Source of the DNA: Marinicella sp.
Lineage (GTDB): Bacteria > Pseudomonadota > Gammaproteobacteria > Xanthomonadales > Marinicellaceae
Direction of reading: 5' to 3'
Assembly: GCA_965230295.1 (NCBI GenBank)
Contig: OZ246001.1
Span: forward strand, 3,680,001-3,744,000
DNA: 64,000 bases
In this document: positions 32,718 to 42,504 of the stretch, in pieces
Position numbering within the stretch: position 1 is the first letter of the stretch
Layout of the letters: every line of letters starts with the position of its first letter
Position numbers and translations under genes: made by a program
Notes under the pieces: model-generated
Told to the model about the DNA's origin: nothing
What the model saw: the letters and a program-made list of their open reading frames with translations, nothing else
Database searches by the model: none

Positions 32718-33593
32718 ATGCTTGATTTTTTAAATAAACCATTAATTATTCTGAGTGAAAACAACTACATCACTTGGTGGCAAATTATATTGGCAGTTTT
32801 GTTGCTGGTTTTGGCTTGGATTCTGAGTAAGTTTATCTCAAAGAAATTGGTAGGTAATATTTTGGGCAGGTCTGGTTTGAACCAAGACAGTGTGGCCATC
32901 ATACAGAAAGTCATATTCTTTACCTTCCTTTTAATAGTTGTCATATTTATTTTATCCTTTTTAAGGATTCCTTTAACCGCTTTTGCATTTATCTCTGGTG
33001 GTGTAGCCATTGGCTTTGGATTTGGAGCCAAGACCATCATTGAAAATTTTCTCAGTGGTTGGATATTGATGTCAGAAAGACCCATCAGAATTGGTGACTT
33101 GGTTGAGGTTGATGGGCAATACGGAAGTGTTATTGAAATTGGAAATCGATCCACGATGATTAAACGTAATGATGGTGCTCACATGGCTATTCCAAATAAT
33201 CAAATATTGGAATCCCAGATCATCAACTTAACCATTAAAGACCCTGACATCAGAACCTCGGTGAGGGTAGGGGTTGGGTATGACAGTGACCCTGAACAGG
33301 TTGCAAATTTATTGTCACAAGTGGCATCCGAACATTCATTGGTTCGAGGCACCCCTGAGCCCAAAGTCATATTTGAAGACTTCGGAGACAACGCTTTGGT
33401 GTTTGATTTATTCTTTTGGGTGTCCATTCAATCGGGCAAAGAATTAAGAGAAGTTAGAAGTGAAATCAGGCATCAAATATCGAAGATGTTTAGAACACAT
33501 GGTATTGTGATAGCTTACCCACAACGTGATGTTCATTTATACTTGAAGAACTCAACCACAAATCAACTTTTAAATGAGCAAAACGATGAATGA
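32718..33593 (+). CDS. MscS-family mechanosensitive channel
   Basis: GGVAIGFGFG, ERPIRIGD, IPNN, VGVGYDSD, IAYPQRDVH. Confidence 0.93.
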   Translation: MLDFLNKPLIILSENNYITWWQIILAVLLLVLAWILSKFISKKLVGNILGRSGLNQDSVAIIQKVIFFTFLLIVVIFILSFLRIPLTAFAFISGGVAIGFGFGAKTIIENFLSGWILMSERPIRIGDLVEVDGQYGSVIEIGNRSTMIKRNDGAHMAIPNNQILESQIINLTIKDPDIRTSVRVGVGYDSDPEQVANLLSQVASEHSLVRGTPEPKVIFEDFGDNALVFDLFFWVSIQSGKELREVRSEIRHQISKMFRTHGIVIAYPQRDVHLYLKNSTTNQLLNEQNDE

Positions 33594-34542
33594 ATCGGCC
33601 AAATCACTTCATTTACAACTGGATGGAAAAGGCAGTGCTGAGCAAGTTAAAAAACTGGAAGTCACCAACCACGTTCGGTGGAGTCATATCAATCCTTTTT
33701 CATCGCAAACCAAAAGCTGGCTGAAACAAATACCAAACCTAACAGAACAAGCCAAATCAATGCTCCTGGCTCGGGAAACCAGGCCGCGTATGGTGCCAGA
33801 AGATAAGTCGATTTCGCTTTGCTTACGAGGAATCAATCTAAATAACGATCAATCTCCTGAGGATATGATTGCGATCCGCATTTGGTTCAGTGAACAAATG
33901 ATCATCACCAGTTGTGGCCGCAGCAGCCAATCCATCACCAGAATAGGGCAAGCATTGGGCCGAGGCGATGGTCCAAAGACAACAGCTGATCTTTTGATGA
34001 CGCTGATTGAGCAGCTGGGGCTACTAACGGTTGAGTTCATTGAGAAAATTGATCACTCATTAGATCAAGAAGAAGATGGTATGGAGGTTAATTGTTTTGA
34101 GCAATTCATTCCTAAAATGAGTCAGCTAAGAAGGCAAATCGCAGCCATCAGGCGATTTATGGCACCTCAAAAAGAAGCACTGGATCGTTTATACCGATCA
34201 AAATCAAAGTTGTTTAACGAAAACTTTTATGATGAGCTGTATGTCCAAATTGATCAGTTTACATACCTTTTAGAGAATCTGGACTTGTTAAAAGAACGTG
34301 CCTTGGTTTTACAAGAACAGTTCATGGCAAACATAAGTCATCAACAGAACAGTCGTTTGTATTTGCTGGCGATCATTTCAGCCATTTTTTTGCCTTTGAC
34401 TTTCCTATCGGGTTTGTTGGGTATGAATGTTGGGGGTATGCCTGGCGTTGATGCACCAACAGCTTTTTGGATCGTATCAGGGTTCTGTTTGGTGGTAATG
34501 CTGGTTTTGATGCTTTGGTTCAAAAGAAAAAACTGGTTTTGA
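33574..34542 (+). CDS. zntB: CorA/ZntB-family divalent cation transporter
   Basis: ETRPR, LRGINLN, FLPLTFLSGLLGMNVGGMP, two C-terminal TMs. Confidence 0.85.
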   Translation: MSKTMNESAKSLHLQLDGKGSAEQVKKLEVTNHVRWSHINPFSSQTKSWLKQIPNLTEQAKSMLLARETRPRMVPEDKSISLCLRGINLNNDQSPEDMIAIRIWFSEQMIITSCGRSSQSITRIGQALGRGDGPKTTADLLMTLIEQLGLLTVEFIEKIDHSLDQEEDGMEVNCFEQFIPKMSQLRRQIAAIRRFMAPQKEALDRLYRSKSKLFNENFYDELYVQIDQFTYLLENLDLLKERALVLQEQFMANISHQQNSRLYLLAIISAIFLPLTFLSGLLGMNVGGMPGVDAPTAFWIVSGFCLVVMLVLMLWFKRKNWF

Positions 34543-34579
34543 ATGAAAGGCTGAATCCATCATATCCACATAATTACTC

Positions 34580-36337
34580 ATGTCACCTATTTCTCAATCA
34601 AAGTGTTTGAAAACTCTACAATGGTTGATTTTATTTTGGGTATTTATGTATGGCAGATCGGTCCAAGCGGCAACGCCTATTGTGATCACTGGTGTCGACT
34701 CAGCACTCAAAGACAACATTGAGTTGTATCTTGAAACACATGCCATGACATGTAACAACAACGATGATGACATCGAATCATTCATAAGAAGTGTCCCCAA
34801 AAAGGTTAAGAAGGCAGTTCGGCCATTTGGTTACTATGACCCATTGATGGCTATGAAGCGAACTGACTCTGATAATTGCTGGTCAATAGAGATAATCGTT
34901 GAACCTGGTGAACAGGTCAAGGTTCGCAAGCTTGAGCTGAAATTGACTGGAGCTGGGGCCAACACTGAACCTTTCGTTCAATTATTGCAAAACAAGCCGT
35001 TTCAAATAGGGCAAGCCATTAATGACAATGAATATGAATTGTATAAATCGAAACTGATCAATGCAGCATCAGAACAAGGGTATCTTGATGCCAAATTCAT
35101 AACTCAAATCATTGATGTTTATCCAGAACAATTGGCAGCTGATATCACATTGTTCTTTGACACAGGCAATCGATACAAATTAGCATCACTTGAGATCAAT
35201 CAGGCGCCTGAAATTCTGAATATTGAATTCATTAAAAGTATGATTCCGCTCAAAGCCGGCCAGTTATTTTCGCAAGCAGATTTGAATGCTGTGCGGAAAA
35301 AGCTTCAAGCCACTGGTTACTTTAAACGCATACAAATCAATTTGGATGTTGAGCAAAGGACAAACGGGGAGGTTCCCATCCAGTTTGAATTGACACCCGC
35401 AGATCGCATCAAATATTCTGTGGGCCTGGGATTTTCAACTGATACCGGTCCTCGAGTTAGTTTGGATTACACCAACAGCCGGATTGGTCAGTTTGGATAC
35501 AAATTCAATGCCAAAACCAGCTTTTCTGAGGTCATTTCTGAAACAGGATTAGGTATACAAATTCCCAGTAAAGACCGTCCTGTGAACAAGTGGTTTCAAG
35601 TCAATTTTGGGCATCGGCATGAGCACACTGATGCAACAAACAGTGATGCCTTGAAGCTGGGAATCAGCCAAACCCGCATCAAAGACAGCAAATGGCAAAA
35701 CATCAACTACCTTGACTGGGTGGATGAGACCTTTGAGATAGGCAAGAATCAATCAAAAAGTACAATGTTTGTGGCAGGAACCAGCTGGTCTTACATCAAG
35801 GCCGACAGCCCAACCCAGCCAAGTAGAGGATACCGACTGCAAGCCGAATTGAAAGGAGCACTTGATAATGTGGTATCAGACACGTCGTTTGCTCAAGCAG
35901 CTTTTTCCTACAAAGGCATTCAATCAGTGGGTGAACGCAATCGCTTTATATATCGTGCTGAGGTAGGCACCACATGGGTGGACGATTTTACTTCTTTGCC
36001 AAGCAGTTACCGGTTTTATACAGGTGGTGATCAATCAATCAGAGGGTTTGATTATGAGACCTTAGCCCCAATAGATTCTGAACAAAATGTGATTGGTGGC
36101 AGGCATAAAGTTGTTGCCAGTATTGAGTATGAGCGCCTTATATCCGGGCCATGGGCTTGGGCCACATTCATAGATGCCGGCAATGCGTTCACCAATGACT
36201 TTAAAATCGAAAAAAGTGTGGGAATTGGCTTGCGTTGGTTTTCTCCTGTTGGATCGGTGCGACTTGATTTGGGATTTCCTATTGATCATGAAGATCAAAC
36301 ATTCCGGTTCCACATAACCATAGGGCCTGACTTGTGA
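34580..36337 (+). CDS. tamA: Omp85-family autotransporter assembly protein TamA
   Basis: POTRA region; RFYTGGDQSIRGF; GLRWFSPVGSVRLD; coupled to tamB. Confidence 0.92.
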   Translation: MSPISQSKCLKTLQWLILFWVFMYGRSVQAATPIVITGVDSALKDNIELYLETHAMTCNNNDDDIESFIRSVPKKVKKAVRPFGYYDPLMAMKRTDSDNCWSIEIIVEPGEQVKVRKLELKLTGAGANTEPFVQLLQNKPFQIGQAINDNEYELYKSKLINAASEQGYLDAKFITQIIDVYPEQLAADITLFFDTGNRYKLASLEINQAPEILNIEFIKSMIPLKAGQLFSQADLNAVRKKLQATGYFKRIQINLDVEQRTNGEVPIQFELTPADRIKYSVGLGFSTDTGPRVSLDYTNSRIGQFGYKFNAKTSFSEVISETGLGIQIPSKDRPVNKWFQVNFGHRHEHTDATNSDALKLGISQTRIKDSKWQNINYLDWVDETFEIGKNQSKSTMFVAGTSWSYIKADSPTQPSRGYRLQAELKGALDNVVSDTSFAQAAFSYKGIQSVGERNRFIYRAEVGTTWVDDFTSLPSSYRFYTGGDQSIRGFDYETLAPIDSEQNVIGGRHKVVASIEYERLISGPWAWATFIDAGNAFTNDFKIEKSVGIGLRWFSPVGSVRLDLGFPIDHEDQTFRFHITIGPDL

Positions 36338-39300
36338 CCAGACGCATCATCAAAGTACTGTTGGGAACCATATTATTGGTGTTATTGGTGGTTGGTATGT
36401 TGTTGGTGACCGTTTTGTATACACAAACTGGTAGTAGGTGGGCCATCAACCTTGCTTTGGGAGACGAAGTCAGTGTTCAAGGTATTGAAGGCACTCTGGG
36501 CAGTGAACTTAATATTCAAAACATTCAATTACAAGTGAATGGATGGCATATTGATGTATTGGGGTTTCGATATCAATTGGAAGACATTCGTTGGTTCTAT
36601 CAAGGAATTTCCTTGGTTCAAGTAGAAATGAAATCAGTCCACATTAAACAACCAGTGGTCACAGGTGAACCAACTGATACAGATCAGTTTGATGGCTTTG
36701 ACTTACCCGTGGCTGTTGAGATTGCAGAATTAAATATTAAAGAATTGGTGTTCATAGACCCGGAATGGAGCGAAAAGGTAACGAACATAGCCACTTCGAT
36801 TCAAGCCAGGAAAGGCCAAATATTCATTGAAGATTTAGTTGTAAATCACCCGAATCTGTCATTGCAAGCCACAGGCTCATTGGGGTTAGGATCTGAACTG
36901 CCGGTCAACATGCATGCACATTGGGAACTGAAGACCAATACCAATCATGTTTCTGGTGATGGCAGGTTAACAGGAGACATGAATCAGTTGTCTATAGATC
37001 AGGAAATAGAGCTGCAACATCAACAGTTACATGCCCCTTTAACAGTGCGAAGTAATGTGAATCTTGAAGAACAGTGGCTGGAAATAACCGTTAATTCGGA
37101 TGCTTTTAATATTAACTTGTCAGATCATGGCCAATCTGAATTGACTGATGTGCAACTGAAACTAGATGGCTGGGTCAATGATTACAGCTCCAATGGTCAA
37201 TTCAATTGGCATGCGAATCAGATTGAATCAGCACTGATCAAGTTCCAAGCAAACGGCAATAAAACCGGCATAGATATCCATTCTCTTTCAGCACATTGGG
37301 GTGATAGTAGCTTGCAGGTACCATCTGAACTGACTTGGGATGCAGGTGCTATTAGAATAATCTCTCAACTTCAATTGATTGATTTCAACCCTGATATGTT
37401 AATTGCTGGTTGGAGTGGTCAGATCAATGGTCAGGGTCAAATCAGCGCAAACTTAAGTGAAATGACTGAAGTGGTGCTGAGTGACTTGATGCTAGAAGGA
37501 AGTCTCAAAGAACAGCCATTCAGTCTGAACACGGCAGGCCAGCAAATGGGACAGACGTGGCAGATCACGCCTTCAACTTTTACTTTAGGCCACAACAAAG
37601 TGAGTTTTGAGGGCGCTTTGAGTGAAAACGATGTCGATGTGAATTTCAGATTTGATCTGGAAGATTTGTCTGGGTTAAGCAGCGATTTAAACGGTGGTAT
37701 TTCTGGGCAACTTGATCTGTCAGGCCCAATTAGAGCAGTTTCCTTGAAGAGTCATATTCAGGGGGATCATTTGAGATATTTTGACCATCAGGTCAATGAT
37801 ATTGACATCAAAGCTGAAGGCATGTGGCCAAATGATATTAAAATCATAGGTTCAACTGGTTTGATAAAGACTGGCCAACAGCAGTTCAATCAGTTTACAT
37901 TCTCTGTGAACGGGACAACCACTCAGCATCGATTACAAGGTCGATTGTCAGGTGATGATGTCAGTAGTGCCTGGAAAGTGATGGGTGGATGGGATACTGT
38001 GAGCAAACAATGGCTTGGTAACATTCAAGAGCATTGGTTTGAGTGGCATACAATTGATCAACGATGGGAGTTATCTGAACCTGCTCAATTAGAACTTGGT
38101 CTTTACAACGCCTTGAGTGAATCGTGTTGGTACACTGCGGATAATGATTCATTTTGTCTCAGTGCCACTTCATATCCAAGTGACTCACAGCACTTAGCCA
38201 AAATCACCATGAACCAAATGAACATTGGACTATTTAGTCCATGGCTGCCTCCTGATTTAAGGGTCTCTGGGCATCTGCAAGGGCATGCAAACCTCAAGGT
38301 CCAATCTAGCACGATCCGCCTTGAATCGGATATTCAGCTCAATAACGGGATGCTACTTTATGCTGAAAACAGTGACAATCCCTACATCACAGACATCACA
38401 GGTGCTCAGCTACTAGCCACCCATGAAGGAGATTCCTCTAGCATTGAAGCCAATGTGACATTAGCAGATGGTTCGTTCTTGCTAAGTAAAGCCAATGTTA
38501 ACGTTAATCAGCAGGGGGAAATTGAGCTGAATTCGACTTTAGCTGGGACAATGCAAAAGTCTCGATACTTGGCTTCGTTGATTCCCCAGGTTGCGACCAT
38601 ACAAGGAAGCCTGGAACTTGAGGGAAATACCAAAGGGGCGGTTACAAAGCCACAAATTGATTTAACGATTCATCAACCCGATGGACATTTAACCCTGGCT
38701 CAAACCGGAACACGCATTGAAAACAATCGCTTTAAACTCAGTCGCCAAGGCTCGAGTCCAGCTGACTTCTCATACCAAGGAAAATCAGGAGATGGAGAAT
38801 TAAACATATCAGGACAATTGGATTGGGGTAAAGCAAATGGTTGGCAGATTAATGCTCATGCTTCAGGCAGACAATTCCCATTGCTGAACCGTCCTGAAAT
38901 CTCTTTAACCGTATCCCCTGAGGTGACGATACAGGCTGATGCTGAGCAAGCGAACATCACAGGTAAAATGAACATCAACCAGGGCAGAGTAGAAATCAAA
39001 CAACTGCCTGAAGCAGCCATTGAAAGCTCGCCGGATGTGGTGGTTCATAGGTCTAAGGAAACTGAAGTTGACACTCCTTATCAAACATATTTCAACATCC
39101 AAACCCAGATCGATGATGTGATGAAAATCGACGCTTTGGGTCTGGTAACGGATCTTTCAGGGGGGTTACGAGTAAGCAATCACAATGCAAACTCTTCAGT
39201 GAATGGATATGGTCAATTAAGCTTGAATAATGGCACCTACAAAATATATGGCCAATCTTTACAGATCAACCAAGGTAATTTAATGTTCAATGGCCCAATC

Positions 39301-39795
39301 GATAACCCCACGCTTGATGTGGTGGCCAGCCGTCTGTCTATAGATCAATCCGTCACTGCAGGCGTTTCATTTGGCGGAACCGTAAACAATTTGGAAACTT
39401 CACTTTATTCAGATCCCACTTTGTCAGACCTGGAAATTTTGTCTTACATATTAACCGGTCGTGGGTTGAATGAAGACAATGATGTCAATTCAGAGCAACT
39501 GGCGCAAGCGGCTTTGCTATTAGGCTTAAAACGCGGTAGCCCGGTGTTCAACGAAATTCAAAACAAACTGGGCATTGATGTATTGGCGATCAAAGAAGGC
39601 GCAACACAAAGTGAAAGTTTGATTGAAGCTGGTAAACAAATTAATGATAAATTATACCTTGGATATAACCACGGCATATTTAATCGGCTTGGGTTTTGGG
39701 TGTTACGCTATCAAATTAACCAGGCATTGAAATTGGAGTCGACCCAAGGTGAAAACCAGTCAGTTGACTTGATTTATCAACGAAAGAAAAAATAA
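36334..39795 (+). CDS. tamB: Translocation and assembly module TamB
   Basis: N-terminal TM, long beta-rich body, DUF490-type C-terminus (FNGPIDNPTLDV, ILSYILTGR, AGKQIN). Confidence 0.92.
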   Translation: MTRRIIKVLLGTILLVLLVVGMLLVTVLYTQTGSRWAINLALGDEVSVQGIEGTLGSELNIQNIQLQVNGWHIDVLGFRYQLEDIRWFYQGISLVQVEMKSVHIKQPVVTGEPTDTDQFDGFDLPVAVEIAELNIKELVFIDPEWSEKVTNIATSIQARKGQIFIEDLVVNHPNLSLQATGSLGLGSELPVNMHAHWELKTNTNHVSGDGRLTGDMNQLSIDQEIELQHQQLHAPLTVRSNVNLEEQWLEITVNSDAFNINLSDHGQSELTDVQLKLDGWVNDYSSNGQFNWHANQIESALIKFQANGNKTGIDIHSLSAHWGDSSLQVPSELTWDAGAIRIISQLQLIDFNPDMLIAGWSGQINGQGQISANLSEMTEVVLSDLMLEGSLKEQPFSLNTAGQQMGQTWQITPSTFTLGHNKVSFEGALSENDVDVNFRFDLEDLSGLSSDLNGGISGQLDLSGPIRAVSLKSHIQGDHLRYFDHQVNDIDIKAEGMWPNDIKIIGSTGLIKTGQQQFNQFTFSVNGTTTQHRLQGRLSGDDVSSAWKVMGGWDTVSKQWLGNIQEHWFEWHTIDQRWELSEPAQLELGLYNALSESCWYTADNDSFCLSATSYPSDSQHLAKITMNQMNIGLFSPWLPPDLRVSGHLQGHANLKVQSSTIRLESDIQLNNGMLLYAENSDNPYITDITGAQLLATHEGDSSSIEANVTLADGSFLLSKANVNVNQQGEIELNSTLAGTMQKSRYLASLIPQVATIQGSLELEGNTKGAVTKPQIDLTIHQPDGHLTLAQTGTRIENNRFKLSRQGSSPADFSYQGKSGDGELNISGQLDWGKANGWQINAHASGRQFPLLNRPEISLTVSPEVTIQADAEQANITGKMNINQGRVEIKQLPEAAIESSPDVVVHRSKETEVDTPYQTYFNIQTQIDDVMKIDALGLVTDLSGGLRVSNHNANSSVNGYGQLSLNNGTYKIYGQSLQINQGNLMFNGPIDNPTLDVVASRLSIDQSVTAGVSFGGTVNNLETSLYSDPTLSDLEILSYILTGRGLNEDNDVNSEQLAQAALLLGLKRGSPVFNEIQNKLGIDVLAIKEGATQSESLIEAGKQINDKLYLGYNHGIFNRLGFWVLRYQINQALKLESTQGENQSVDLIYQRKKK

Positions 39796-39836
39796 ATGTT
39801 ATCTAGTCCACTTTGAAATTGTCATACCGTGGAAAT

Positions 39837-40076
39837 TTAATCAGTTTTGACTGCACCTTTAGGCAGAGTCTTTGCCAGCACAAAGTAACCGGCAACAGCC
39901 GATAGCACAGAACCAACAAGAATCCCTATCTTTTTATCAAAAATCAAATTTACTCCAGTTTCTTGATAGGCAAGGGTGCTAATAAACAAACTCATGGTGA
40001 ACCCAATGCCACACAAAATAGCTATCCCATAAAGTGAGCCATAACTTGCTTTTTCTGGAAGCTTTGCGAACCCAAT
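39837..40076 (-). pseudogene. nhaA: 3' fragment of Na+/H+ antiporter NhaA
   Basis: Minus strand IGFAKLP...LCGIGFTMSLFI...IGILVGSVLSAVAGY...*; no upstream part; not in the ORF track. Confidence 0.88.
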
Positions 40077-40112
40077 TGGAGAAACGAGTTTGAAAATTAA
40101 ATAAAGAGTTGT

Positions 40113-40541
40113 TTAGACATTAATTATGTCTGGAATCTTATCTTTGGTTCTTGAGGCATCCGCAGCAACCCTTTTCGAAATAATATTGGCACTTGAATCA
40201 TATGATAAAGTCCCGGTATATTTACGAGTAACTTTCAGTATTCTGTTTCTGCTTGCCGGGTTGTCCAGTTTGAGGTATTTATATCTGTCATAGTTACATT
40301 TTGGCAAGAACCTCATCATATATCTTGCTACAGGGATTGGTATTTCACCAAGCATCCTGAATCTGCCAATTCTGTGAAGTGTCTTGATATGAACCAGAAT
40401 TGCAAGTCTTGCCATTGGTTTCCTTGCTGCTTTTAATGCGAAGTCTATCTCATTTTGGGAAGGCTGGAAATATAACTCAATCTCCTTGTTAGTATAAGAT
40501 GCCTTTAAATCCCTGTAAGCTGTTTCGTTAGCTGCCGTCAT
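40113..40541 (-). pseudogene. tnpA: N-terminal (DUF4158-like) fragment of a Tn3-family transposase
   Basis: MTAANETAY...YFQPS...EIDFA...RLAILVHIKT...DIINV then stop; only 142 aa. Confidence 0.8.
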
Positions 40542-40590
40542 TACTTAATTGGTCAAATGTGAACATTATATAGTGACAAATTAGAATAAA

Positions 40591-40627
40591 GTGGTAATGA
40601 CCACATAGGTGTAAGAACGGACATTTG
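40591..40627 (+). mobile_element. Tn3-family terminal inverted repeat (one G-to-T change in GGGG)
   Basis: GTGGTAATGACCACATAGGTGTAAGAACGGACATTTG. Confidence 0.75.
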
Positions 40628-40664
40628 ATTATAAAAATAGCAGAATAAACAGTCTTTTATTAAA

Positions 40665-40701
40665 TGGGTAGATACCTCATAACTGCAAAATTGGGTATCT
40701 G
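40665..40701 (+). repeat. Degenerate copy of the Tn3-type repeat
   Basis: GGGTAGATACCTCATAACTGCAAAATTGGGTATCTG; 26/36 ungapped identity to the 22111 copy by hand count. Confidence 0.5.
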
Positions 40702-40946
40702 CACTCTGCAATTAATGACCAGTCTAAAAAAACAAAATAGAATAAAATAAGGTTTCAGTAACATTTTGAACCAGTATGTTGAGCTGTTTCTTTTTGTATC
40801 AATTTTGTTTTAATTTGTTTCATGCCAAATATATCTATTAACAAAAATTATAGGATGTGACCCAGAAGGTGAGAATAGTTTTAAACCATTAAAGTTTTGT
40901 TTACATGGTTTTTTTGTTTTTTTGATGATTTATCACAGGAATTTAT

Positions 40947-42338
40947 ATGAAATTAAAACGTATTCACCTTTTGTTTCTTTTATTTTTTTCTCAACATTGC
41001 ACAGCTGTAAATATTTCTTATTCAGGAGATGGAGAAGTTTTAATTTTTCCATACTATACCGTAAATAATGGATTAAACACCTTGTATACAGTTGTAAACA
41101 CCACGCCGGATACCAAAGCATTGAAGGTTCAATTTTTAGAAGGAGATAACTCCCTTGAAGTTCTTGATTTCAATGTCTACTTGTCAGCATACGATGTTTG
41201 GACAGGTGCTTTAATACCATCAATATCCAATCATGCTGGTCACGTTGGCGAACCTTCGGCTGCTCACATTACCTCTGATTCTTCTTGTGCCCCTTTCTTG
41301 GTTAAAGCGCCTGCTACTCAAGAACTCTTGCCATTTACTATCGACACTGACATTGCAGCGTCAAACAGAAACATGCTTCGTGTAAGAGAAGGTCATATAC
41401 AGATAATTGAAATGGCCACATTCACCGGATCTGCAGTTGATTGGGCAGATCATGGTACTCATGGAGTGACTGTCGGTTGTGGCCATATTCTAGGAGATTT
41501 GGCTGATAATGGAATGTGGGATTCTGGTGGAGAAGAAAGTCCAACAGGTGGGTTGTTTGGATCTGCATCATTGATTGATGTGGCTCAAGGAATCAACTAC
41601 ACGTATGATGCATTGGCCTTGGTCAACTTTTGGCAAGGAAACGCCTATCATACACCACCTGGTGACCTATTACCTAACATCAGTGATGCATACCCAGAGT
41701 CCAAAATATTATTGGATTCTGGCGAAGTTGTTACATCACAATGGAATACAGGTTTTGAAGCGGTCTCTTCAGTATTGATGAGCGCTCATGTCAGGAATGA
41801 ATACGCGCTTGAACCTGCAGCGAATGGACAATCTGAGTGGGTGGTGAGTTACCCAACCAAGCGGTTTCATATTGAAAACGAACACAAAGCCCCTTTTGTT
41901 TCTGACTGGGATGGCAATGAAGCATGTGAAGATTTGAATATTCTTATATTGGACAGAAATCAACAAAGAGAATTCGATTGGACATGTGGTGTTCTATGTC
42001 TCCCAGACGATTACGGACCAAAGCTATGCCATTCTGGCAATGTGGTAGAGTTTCTACTACCTGGTTCCACTGCTGAACAGTCATCTCGTGTTTTGGGGTC
42101 AAGTAACCTACTGCAAGTTACTACACCATCTAATGCAAGTACCCAAAGTGGCTGGGCATTGATTGATTTCCTTGATAATGAGCATATTTTGTCATCTTTA
42201 GAAGGCAACCTGTTCTATGGGCTTCCAACCATTGGCTTTTCGGTTCAAAAATACACCAACGCTCAGGCTGGGGATGGATTGCTGGCGCAGTATGGAGGGG
42301 CTTTTAGTCATAAATTAAAAATGGAAGTTGAGCAATGA
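40947..42338 (+). CDS. Secreted/cell-surface protein of the GxVLIxPYYTV type
   Basis: Signal peptide; GEVLIFPYYTV, KALKVQFLEG, LDFNVYLSAYDVWTG, EWVVSYPTK, GLPTIGF. Confidence 0.7.
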   Translation: MKLKRIHLLFLLFFSQHCTAVNISYSGDGEVLIFPYYTVNNGLNTLYTVVNTTPDTKALKVQFLEGDNSLEVLDFNVYLSAYDVWTGALIPSISNHAGHVGEPSAAHITSDSSCAPFLVKAPATQELLPFTIDTDIAASNRNMLRVREGHIQIIEMATFTGSAVDWADHGTHGVTVGCGHILGDLADNGMWDSGGEESPTGGLFGSASLIDVAQGINYTYDALALVNFWQGNAYHTPPGDLLPNISDAYPESKILLDSGEVVTSQWNTGFEAVSSVLMSAHVRNEYALEPAANGQSEWVVSYPTKRFHIENEHKAPFVSDWDGNEACEDLNILILDRNQQREFDWTCGVLCLPDDYGPKLCHSGNVVEFLLPGSTAEQSSRVLGSSNLLQVTTPSNASTQSGWALIDFLDNEHILSSLEGNLFYGLPTIGFSVQKYTNAQAGDGLLAQYGGAFSHKLKMEVEQ

Positions 42339-42400
42339 GCCTCAGGGTTAGGTGTTTAGTATACAGAGAGCTATCACACCTAGTTGGGTTCTGTTCTTTA

Positions 42401-42447
42401 GGGATAATGCCAAATGCCCGTTTTTACACCTATGTGGTCATTACCCC
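42401..42447 (-). mobile_element. 47-bp double-ended Tn3-type repeat
   Basis: GGGATAATGCCAAATGCCCGTTTTTACACCTATGTGGTCATTACCCC. Confidence 0.8.
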
Positions 42448-42504
42448 TTTATTAAGTATTTCAGCAATCATTCAATCTAACTTCAGCAACTTTAGGGATT
42501 ACAT

